Source: an uncultured virus (IMG/VR IMGVR_UViG_3300031993_000026)
Taxonomy: Duplodnaviria > Heunggongvirae > Uroviricota > Caudoviricetes
Length of the DNA stretch: 64,000 nt
Direction: 5' to 3' (one strand)
IMG/VR virus record: IMGVR_UViG_3300031993_000026
Coordinates: 1 to 64,000 of that record
Positions 46,868 through 54,836 of this stretch are shown here, one piece after another; position 1 is the stretch's first letter; every line of letters begins with the position of its first letter. Both the position numbers and the translations under genes were made by a program. The notes under the pieces were generated by a model. The model searched no databases. It was not told the origin of the DNA and saw only the letters and a list, made by a program, of their open reading frames with translations.

Positions 46868-47435
46868 CGACTTGACTGTCGCCGATGTTCAGCATTACAT
46901 AACGGACAACGGGGCAATAAACCATAATAGCGGAATAGTGTACGGCGCATCTATAATTCTCAATCTTTCAAAGGCTAAATTGAAAGAGAGCGACGGCACG
47001 CAGTCGGGTATCGTTGTTACCGCGAAGCCAGAGAAAAACCGTTTCTGCAAGCCGACCGTCGTGAAGTTCCATATCAGTTACAATCACGGTATGAACCCGT
47101 ATGTCGGGCTTGAGGAATATATGTCGTGGGATGCCTGCGGGGTGGAGCGCGGCAAGTTCATTACGGACAAGGAATACGCAAAACTCGGCGAGGCGGACAG
47201 GAAGAACGCCCGCCAGCACCCGCTTGACGAGAAGGTGTATATGCTTCCCTCCCCGACAGGCAGGGGCATTTGCACGAAGCACTCGACTACGGCATTTCCT
47301 TTGAAGGAGATATTCTCGAAGAGCGTATGGACGGACGAGCGTCTTTCTGAACTCTCGAAGTTCATCAAGCCGATATTCGAGTATTCAAAGCACTCCGACG
47401 AGGAGATTGAGGATATACTCAACGAAGAGGAATAG
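46809..47435 (+). CDS. recA: Split-intein C-fragment (40 aa) fused to RecA/UvsX C-terminal part (Ser+1 at 46929)
   Basis: aaagga RBS 8 nt upstream; block F VNDLTV..QHYI; block G INHN|SGIVYGAS; KNRF, GMNPYVGL. Confidence 0.92.
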   Translation: MRLKTLKVKSVKENSSTKVNDLTVADVQHYITDNGAINHNSGIVYGASIILNLSKAKLKESDGTQSGIVVTAKPEKNRFCKPTVVKFHISYNHGMNPYVGLEEYMSWDACGVERGKFITDKEYAKLGEADRKNARQHPLDEKVYMLPSPTGRGICTKHSTTAFPLKEIFSKSVWTDERLSELSKFIKPIFEYSKHSDEEIEDILNEEE

Positions 47436-47461
47436 TTTTAATTGTTTTCTTTCTATGGTCT

Positions 47462-47494
47462 GCCGTCCGTGTGGTTTCCCGCGCGGACGGCTTT
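47462..47494 (+). terminator. Hairpin terminator after the recA C-part
   Basis: gccgtccgtg-tggtttccc-gcgcggacggc followed by ttt. Confidence 0.6.
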
Positions 47495-47542
47495 GCTATA
47501 TAATGCTTATATATAAATAATTTATTACATATATGTTTCCCA

Positions 47543-50500
47543 ATGGCGAAAGTTGCTTCACTTAACGATTTGCTTACACCGATGAAGTCCATCGAGACCT
47601 GCCTTCAGGACAGCGCGACTTCCATAAAGGAGGGGGCGCAGTACATAGGGCAGACAATCGACGACCTCAATTCCGATGTTACGAGCGTACTTCGTGACAT
47701 TGCTCGGAGAATGTGGGGTATGGAGAGGAGGCTCAACAAGAACGCGAAGGCGCAGGCGACCAACGCTGCCGCCAATCCGAGTTCTGGGAGTATGAAGGGC
47801 GGGTTGAAGGACTTTAAGGAAACCGCGCAACTTTTCAGTCCGCAGGCACTTGCGGCTGGGGTGTCCGCATTCTCCAGCGTCAAGATGAAGGATGTGTTCC
47901 GCTTCCCGCAGAAGATGTCATACGCCACGCAGGGTATGATAGAGCCTATCAAGGTGCTGAAAGAAAACAGCATAAGACCAGCGGAGGCGATGAAGTACGC
48001 TGATGCGCTCACCGCTCTCGGCAATGCCACCCACGATTTCGTAAAGAGTATGCGCAAGACGATAATCTCCTCGAAACTCATAGAGAAGTTCACCCCGAAC
48101 GATGTTTACAAGAGCGGGCTTTTCAAGGCTGCCGAGCAGGTCGTCGTGACCATTATGACGAACATATATGGCGCGAAGTACAACAAGAGGACAAGGACAT
48201 TCGCGGGCAGGGACGCGAAGCGTGCGTTCGATTTGAATCGGGGGGCGAAGACGCTCACCAAACTCGGCAGGAACATACTCGGCTTCGTTTCGCTCGTAGC
48301 CCTTACTGCGGTCGTTGCGCCCGTAGCCCTTGTCGGAATACTCATAACGGCGGGTGTCGTCAAGTTGACCACTTGGGTGTTCAAGATACTTGGGGACAGG
48401 AGGCAGTTGAAGCAACTTGAACAGGGAGGCAAGGCTCTGTTCTATATGGGTGCTGGGCTTATAACATTCGAGATTAGCATCGTTATGGCGGCTATAATCG
48501 CCCCGTTCGCTATGATTGCGCTCGGAATGGTCACCCCTATCGTTGTCGGCGCAATGACGCTGTTCTCTATGCTTGGGGACAAGAAAACCACGAAGAATGT
48601 CAAGGAGGCGGCTTGGTGCATTACGCTTATGGGGTTGAGCCTCATCGTGTTCTCTGCGGCTCTCGTGCTTTCGTCTATGATATTGAAGGCGTATCTCTTC
48701 ACGGACGGGAAACTCGACACGGAGAACCTCGCTTCTATGGCATTGACGATACCAGTGTTCCTGCTTATGATGGGTTCTCTGTGGGTGTTCAAGAAGGTGG
48801 GGACTGACGAGAATATGAAGCACGCTGGCAAGGCGTTCCTCGCAATACTCGCCATAAGTGCTGGACTTATAGTGTTCTCGCTTGCGATGGCTATAAGTTC
48901 GATGCTTACGAAGGACATATGGAGGGGTGCGGACGGAAAGATAGACCCAGTTGCGATAGTTACCACCGTGGCTGTGTTCGCGCTTCTCGTGGGAAGCATC
49001 TATGCGTTCAAGTTGGCGGGCAGTAACTTGAAGGACATCGCGAAAGGTACGGTTTCCGTCATACTTATGGGCATAGGGCTGGCTATATTTGGGTTCGCCA
49101 CCGCAATCTATATGAAGGCGTTGGAGGGAAGGACTTGGGAGGACATAGGCAAGGCTGCCGCCCTTATTGGCATATTCGGTGTTGAATTTATCCTGTTGGG
49201 TATTCCTGTTGTGTTTGGCTTTGTTGCTCTCGGTTCGGCATCCGTCGCTCTTATGGCGGTTGCTCTCGGAGTGTTCGGGTTCGGTGTCGCCGTCTATATG
49301 AAGTGCATTGAAGATGTTTCGTGGGAGCAGGTCGGACAAGGTGCTGGAATACTTGGCGTGTACGGTCTTGAGTTCGCCGTACTTGGCTTGCTTTCGCCCG
49401 CGATTGCGCTCGCCGACCTCGCGATAGGCTGTATGGGACCTGCACTTACCGTATTCGGCAGGGGCTTGAAGGAATATATGGAAGTCGTAGCCGACACGAA
49501 ATGGGAGACCGTAATCGACGGCGCGAAGGTCATAGGCGTTTACGGTCTTGAGTTTGCAGGTCTTGGGCTTCTTTCGCTCGGAATACTGGCGGCTGATGCG
49601 GCTATGGCTTGTATGGGGCTTTCTCTCGGAGAACTCGCAAAGGGCTTGAAGCCGTTTGGTGAACTCTTCGAGGAAGTAAAGGTTTCGACATTCCTCGATG
49701 GCGCGAAGATAATCGGGGTGCTTGGCGGTGAGTTCGCACTGCTCGGACCCCTCTCGATACTCATTGCGCCTGCGGCTGGCGCGATGAAACTTATGGGCGA
49801 TGCCTTGCAGTCAATCGGCTTGGGGCTGAAACGCTATATGGACGCTGGCGTGAAGCCGAAGGATGTGGACGACCTCTGCTATGCGATAGACAGGATTAAA
49901 CTCATATTCATCGGTCAGAAGAAGGAAGACCAGAACAAGGGCTTCTTCGCGAAGATAGGCGGTGCGATAAGCGGTGCGTTAGCCGCCCCGTTCGACAATG
50001 TGGCGATAGAGAATACGGCAAGGGGGTTAAAGACCGCAGGAACTGCGATATATGAACTCTCGAAGGGCTTGCAGAAATGGGTTGATGCCGACATTCGCGT
50101 AGAGGATATGGCTAATATGACGACCATAATCGGCACGATAGGCGAAACATTCCAGCGTCTTGGGGAGAAGAAGGCTAACGCCAACACTGGCGGTTCGCTT
50201 CTCCAGAGGCTCATAGGCGTTGACTTCAGGGGGCTTACAAAGACGGATATGGAACTCGGTATCCGTTCGGTACAGGGGCTTGGCAAGGCACTTGAAGAAA
50301 TTGCAAGAGGTCTTGTCGCGTGGAGGGACGGTATGGGCAAGGAGTTCGAGGGTGAGAAACTTATCCAACTTGCAAACCAGATAGCCGCAGTTGTCGGTGC
50401 TCTCGGAACGGCATTCGCCTCGATTGCGAGCGACGAGAACACCGTGCTCTTTGAAACGAAGGACACCTCGACATTTGCAAACGCAATGGGCGAGACATTC

Positions 50501-52297
50501 GCTACATTTACGAAGCAGGAGTACAAGAACAAAGTCCAGTTGGGTATTGAGTCCTGCAAGGGGCTTGGCGACATAGTTGTCGGTCTTGCGGATGGTATGC
50601 AGAAGATGACGGAGATAGCCGCCAACAAGATAGGTAAGATGCCTACGATAGATGCTGAACACTGGACTATAAAGGACGATGACGGAAAGGCGTTGGCTGG
50701 CGTTACGAAGGTGCTTCTCTCTATGGGGCAGGTATTTGCCCATATCGGAGAGGTAATAAAGAAGCAGGGTATGTACACGGAGGTTATTGAGCCAGCAAGG
50801 ACGGAACTTCACAAGAGCAGCGGTTTCTGCGGTATCGGCGCAAAGGACGAGTCTGTTCACATAGCAGCCAAGACGGAACAGCGTTCATACATAGGTCTTG
50901 CAATTTCGTCCCTTCTGGGTATAGGCGACATAGTTAGCGGCATAGCCAATGCGCTCAATACGATGACGCAAATCAAGAACACAAGCAATGTGGGTGAACT
51001 TACCAGTATGCTTCTTGGTGTCGTAGAGGATGTGGTTATGAAGTTCAAGGGTATGGCTGAACTCATAGAGAAGGGTCGTACAAAGGTGGTGACAAAACAT
51101 CATACCTTCAGTGGTACGGCTTACACGGAGACGACCAATGATACGGCATCGTTCCTTGAAAATGTCAGCAGTGTCGTAAAAATGACGAAGGACGCGAAGG
51201 AGGTTATGACCGCAGTCCCAGAGTTGGTCAAGACGCTCAACAAGAACAAGGGCGAGTTCGAGAAGTTCCTCAAGGACGGTGACGACGGTGTGTTCAGTTC
51301 GATAGCGAACATAAACACACTTATTGCCGCTATGAGCGGTGCTGTCCGCGAGAACGGGGCTGTCGGCGGAAGCGTGGGGTACAGTTGGTATGACGAGAAC
51401 CACAAGTTGACCTCAAAGTATTTCCCTTGGATTAACAATAAGGCGATAAAGGACGCGACAACCAATGCGAACGATATGATACCCCTGATTGAGAAGGTGG
51501 TCACCGCGCTCGGAAAGTTGCCGAAGGACAAGTCCGACACCGAACTTATGCACGATGCCGTAGTCGGACTCGGAGGCAATGTAGCAACCTTAAATGTATG
51601 GTTTGACGAGAATGACATAGCAAGCGCGGGCAAGAAGGTGGACGCGATGGACGGACTGCTTGTCAAGGCGAACACAATGCTCGGCAAAGTCCCGCTGGAA
51701 ATCAAGTTGCTCTCCGACTTGCAGGAAGCCAACCAAGGCGGTGCGGTCGCATTCGACACACTGTTCGCGAGCATTTCGGATTCAATACACAGGCTTGACG
51801 GTCAGGACTACAAGATAGAGAGCACGACCAATCTTATCAACACATTGAGGAAGGCGAAGAACGACGGGGTGTTCAGCGACTTGAGGAGCAATGTCGATAA
51901 GATGGTGAAGGCTATAAACACGCTCGACAACGAGAAGATGAAGCCGTATGCCGATATGGTAATGGCACTTCGGGATATGTCAACGGAGAACAGCAAGTTC
52001 AAGGAACTTTTCGAGGAACTCGTCAAGACAATCGCGAAGTTGATAGAGGAAATCAAGAAGGCTGGCACGGACGGTCTTACTGGCGACAGCGGAAGCGGAA
52101 GCGGAAGCAGTAACAGCAATGACAACCGCAGGTATGCACCTGTACCGCAGGTCAATAATAACGCCAGCAATGCAGCCATCGGCGAACTTACGAAGAAGAT
52201 TACTACGCTTGTCGGTATGATGAGCAAGGGTGAAATCAGGGGGACGAAGAACTCGAAGGACGGCTCGGACTTCACGATTACATTCAAGTCGTCGTAG
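47543..52297 (+). CDS. Tape measure protein (1584 aa)
   Basis: Long Ala/Gly-rich helical protein with many hydrophobic segments and internal repeats; late promoter 47512. Confidence 0.75.
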   Translation: MAKVASLNDLLTPMKSIETCLQDSATSIKEGAQYIGQTIDDLNSDVTSVLRDIARRMWGMERRLNKNAKAQATNAAANPSSGSMKGGLKDFKETAQLFSPQALAAGVSAFSSVKMKDVFRFPQKMSYATQGMIEPIKVLKENSIRPAEAMKYADALTALGNATHDFVKSMRKTIISSKLIEKFTPNDVYKSGLFKAAEQVVVTIMTNIYGAKYNKRTRTFAGRDAKRAFDLNRGAKTLTKLGRNILGFVSLVALTAVVAPVALVGILITAGVVKLTTWVFKILGDRRQLKQLEQGGKALFYMGAGLITFEISIVMAAIIAPFAMIALGMVTPIVVGAMTLFSMLGDKKTTKNVKEAAWCITLMGLSLIVFSAALVLSSMILKAYLFTDGKLDTENLASMALTIPVFLLMMGSLWVFKKVGTDENMKHAGKAFLAILAISAGLIVFSLAMAISSMLTKDIWRGADGKIDPVAIVTTVAVFALLVGSIYAFKLAGSNLKDIAKGTVSVILMGIGLAIFGFATAIYMKALEGRTWEDIGKAAALIGIFGVEFILLGIPVVFGFVALGSASVALMAVALGVFGFGVAVYMKCIEDVSWEQVGQGAGILGVYGLEFAVLGLLSPAIALADLAIGCMGPALTVFGRGLKEYMEVVADTKWETVIDGAKVIGVYGLEFAGLGLLSLGILAADAAMACMGLSLGELAKGLKPFGELFEEVKVSTFLDGAKIIGVLGGEFALLGPLSILIAPAAGAMKLMGDALQSIGLGLKRYMDAGVKPKDVDDLCYAIDRIKLIFIGQKKEDQNKGFFAKIGGAISGALAAPFDNVAIENTARGLKTAGTAIYELSKGLQKWVDADIRVEDMANMTTIIGTIGETFQRLGEKKANANTGGSLLQRLIGVDFRGLTKTDMELGIRSVQGLGKALEEIARGLVAWRDGMGKEFEGEKLIQLANQIAAVVGALGTAFASIASDENTVLFETKDTSTFANAMGETFATFTKQEYKNKVQLGIESCKGLGDIVVGLADGMQKMTEIAANKIGKMPTIDAEHWTIKDDDGKALAGVTKVLLSMGQVFAHIGEVIKKQGMYTEVIEPARTELHKSSGFCGIGAKDESVHIAAKTEQRSYIGLAISSLLGIGDIVSGIANALNTMTQIKNTSNVGELTSMLLGVVEDVVMKFKGMAELIEKGRTKVVTKHHTFSGTAYTETTNDTASFLENVSSVVKMTKDAKEVMTAVPELVKTLNKNKGEFEKFLKDGDDGVFSSIANINTLIAAMSGAVRENGAVGGSVGYSWYDENHKLTSKYFPWINNKAIKDATTNANDMIPLIEKVVTALGKLPKDKSDTELMHDAVVGLGGNVATLNVWFDENDIASAGKKVDAMDGLLVKANTMLGKVPLEIKLLSDLQEANQGGAVAFDTLFASISDSIHRLDGQDYKIESTTNLINTLRKAKNDGVFSDLRSNVDKMVKAINTLDNEKMKPYADMVMALRDMSTENSKFKELFEELVKTIAKLIEEIKKAGTDGLTGDSGSGSGSSNSNDNRRYAPVPQVNNNASNAAIGELTKKITTLVGMMSKGEIRGTKNSKDGSDFTITFKSS

Positions 52298-52362
52298 CAG
52301 GGAATAAGATGATGTATAATAATCAAAATATAAATAATATATTAGAATAAAATATTACAGGT

Positions 52363-53511
52363 ATGTATATAAAGCATTTTGAAGAGTTCGTAAACGAAAG
52401 CCGTAATCCTTACGGGTACTACGGCAACCGCATAGACGAAGGTCTGTTCAGTAGCGTTGCCGCACCAGACAAGCCGAAGGTTGAACTTACCGCAGACTTC
52501 ATCCGTGACAACAACCCAGATGTAATCGCAGAGGCGTTTTTCAACAATGTAAGTTATGCGATGTACAAGGTCGGGAGCGATGTTGACAAGGCTATCAACT
52601 TCGTTGTCGAGGGCGCAAAGGACATTATGGAGGAAATCAAGTCCGACGCTGAACTTGCAAAGAAGTTCGTTGAGGGTATCGGAAACGCAATCCTCAATTC
52701 TATGAAGAACGCATACGGCTATGCGAAGAAGGCGGTCACCGCAATTCCCAACTTCATAGTGTTCTCGCTCGCATTCCTCGTCAAACTCGGAATATCGGGA
52801 GTTGACAGCGCAAAGGAAGGCATAAAGAAGATTTACGGTGTCCTTGCCGATGCTGTGAAGAAGGCATATGAGGAAATCAAGGGCAAGTTGAAGGACGCTG
52901 GCGATGCACTCGAAGGCGCATACAACTCGGTAAAGGACAAGGTTGAGGTTTTCACCAAACTCTGCTACTCAATCATACTTGCTGTCGCAAAGAAGATTTC
53001 GGGGGCAGCCGAGGCGTTCGGCTCATTCCTGAAGCAACTCTTCAACGATGCGAAGGAAAAGGTTACAGCCGCAGTTATGATAGTAAGGCAGTGGTTCAAG
53101 TCGAAGGCTTCGGATGTCGCCAACTATGTAAAGAGCACTGCTGGCGATATTGCCGACACGCTCAAGGATACTTGGAAGTCGCTCTCCCGCAAGGTTCGCG
53201 GTGCATACACGGATGTTACCGACAAACTCAACGGCTGGCTCGACACAATCAAGGCTGAAATGAACAAGATTGGTCAGAAGATTTCCGAGATTGCTGGAAA
53301 GGCTGGCGACAAGTTGATTTCGGTCAAGGACGCTACCGCAAGCGCAGTCATAAAGAAGGGTGTCAAGGCTCTCAACAAGAAGAACTACTCGTTAGACCAA
53401 GTGATTGATATGGTCACGAAGGCATACAATGAGTCATTGTTCGTCGATGAGTTCGGTGAACTCGTGCTGAACGAGAACATCTACAACTTCAACCTCTCTA
53501 TGATTGACTAA
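52363..53511 (+). CDS. Amphipathic helical protein with capsid-targeting-like leader
   Basis: MYIKHFEEFVNES; late promoter 52329. Confidence 0.75.
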   Translation: MYIKHFEEFVNESRNPYGYYGNRIDEGLFSSVAAPDKPKVELTADFIRDNNPDVIAEAFFNNVSYAMYKVGSDVDKAINFVVEGAKDIMEEIKSDAELAKKFVEGIGNAILNSMKNAYGYAKKAVTAIPNFIVFSLAFLVKLGISGVDSAKEGIKKIYGVLADAVKKAYEEIKGKLKDAGDALEGAYNSVKDKVEVFTKLCYSIILAVAKKISGAAEAFGSFLKQLFNDAKEKVTAAVMIVRQWFKSKASDVANYVKSTAGDIADTLKDTWKSLSRKVRGAYTDVTDKLNGWLDTIKAEMNKIGQKISEIAGKAGDKLISVKDATASAVIKKGVKALNKKNYSLDQVIDMVTKAYNESLFVDEFGELVLNENIYNFNLSMID

Positions 53512-53546
53512 TTTGGTTTGAAATCTTTTTGGTTTTTTGGTTTTGA

Positions 53547-53578
53547 CAGGCGGGCGGGGTTATCCCGCCTGCTTTTTT
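53547..53578 (+). terminator. Intrinsic terminator
   Basis: caggcggg-cggggttat-cccgcctg followed by ctttttt. Confidence 0.75.
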
Positions 53579-53617
53579 GTCATATAAATAATATGTAACC
53601 AATTAACTATTGCAATT

Positions 53618-54064
53618 ATGTTGACAAACTTAAAGCCGTTCCACATAGACAGCGTGGAACTTGTACCAGAAAGCGAGTTCAGGTACTCCAAAGTGACATT
53701 CCCCCCTTATGTATCAGTTTCCAAGCACGGCGACTATTCTTCGAGCAAGTGGGCGGTGAGCCTGTTTGAAGTCCATTTCTTCACGGGCGGGAAGTATGTG
53801 AAGGGCATAGAGGAATATGTCTGTTCGTATGACATTGACGATGATGCGAAGAAGTTTACCGTTACCTTCAACACGACGGACGAGGCGTACCTTGACGCTG
53901 ACGGGATATTCGGCAAGTTCGGTGATACGAGGGCTGTGATATTCCGCATCAACCGAACTGGCGAGTTCATCGCCCGCAGGACGCTGGACTGCAAGGTCGA
54001 GAGCATTTCGGAGGCGCAGGAAGGCTCGTTCAGGAAAAAGACAGTCGTGTTCTCGTTCGATTAG
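53618..54064 (+). CDS. Divergent tail-tube-like protein
   Basis: LFEVHF, FTVTFN and INRTGEFIARR parallel the motifs of 28930-29493. Confidence 0.5.
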   Translation: MLTNLKPFHIDSVELVPESEFRYSKVTFPPYVSVSKHGDYSSSKWAVSLFEVHFFTGGKYVKGIEEYVCSYDIDDDAKKFTVTFNTTDEAYLDADGIFGKFGDTRAVIFRINRTGEFIARRTLDCKVESISEAQEGSFRKKTVVFSFD

Positions 54065-54082
54065 AAGTCGGGAGGAGGCATT

Positions 54083-54709
54083 ATGGTCGGACTACCGTTT
54101 GATGTAAATTCGGCAAGGCGGGGCGAACTCGTCTCGACAAGGGACGGTCGTCCCGTGAGGATAGTATGCTGGGATGTGAAGAACACGGATTTCCCCATAC
54201 TTGCGCTTGTGCTGGAGAAGGACGGGCGGGAACACCCGTACCAGTACACTGCGGACGGGCGTGTCGTCAAGGGGAAGATACGGCTCGAAGGCGACCTCGT
54301 TATGGTCAATCCCGAAGAGAAGAAGCAGAGGAAAGTGGGCGGGCGTGTGCTTTTCGTGAAGTTGAAGTTCAACGGGCAGGCTGGCTTCGACTTCCTGCTT
54401 GACCTTGCGTCCCAGTGCGAGGGGCTTATCGGCTACCGCGTCATCGGGTATGACGAGATGTTGCTTCGGCTTCCTTTCATCGGGGGTGAGAAACTCTACT
54501 CGTATATGTCGGCTCTCGCCTCGAAGTGCAGGCTCGGAGGAAAGCCTCTCGACTTCAAGTGCGTCTATGCGGACGACAAGAAAACCTTTGGGGACTGTGG
54601 CTATTACGAGACAGCCAACGGTATGCTTCTCGGCACTCGCTTCGTGAACAAGGTTCGTCAGGACAAGGCTATAAGTGACTTCTTCACCCGTTCCGACTTT
54701 GCCGAGTAG
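54083..54709 (+). CDS. Two-domain hypothetical protein
   Basis: N-terminal PFD......V.TRDGRPVRIVCWD domain; C-terminal domain paralogous to 57362-57748. Confidence 0.7.
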   Translation: MVGLPFDVNSARRGELVSTRDGRPVRIVCWDVKNTDFPILALVLEKDGREHPYQYTADGRVVKGKIRLEGDLVMVNPEEKKQRKVGGRVLFVKLKFNGQAGFDFLLDLASQCEGLIGYRVIGYDEMLLRLPFIGGEKLYSYMSALASKCRLGGKPLDFKCVYADDKKTFGDCGYYETANGMLLGTRFVNKVRQDKAISDFFTRSDFAE

Positions 54710-54836
54710 CACTTTTTTCTGAAATCGTCCTCCTTTGGCTTTGTAACGGATAATTTCCATTTTCATTGGCAAAGGTAGCAAATCCCAGTGAAGTGCAGAA
54801 TATAAATAATAATAGGATAATATAACCGAATTGATT

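Noticed and set aside
45800..46870. Group I intron interrupting recA
   Set aside because: Only 57 nt of non-coding sequence, leaving no room for a catalytic core; the flanks carry clear intein N and C motifs with a separate stop and start
54770..54777. Bacteroidota-type -7 promoter element TACCTTTG on the minus strand (another on + at 140-147)
   Set aside because: No convincing -33 element or downstream gene; a short motif like this can occur by chance
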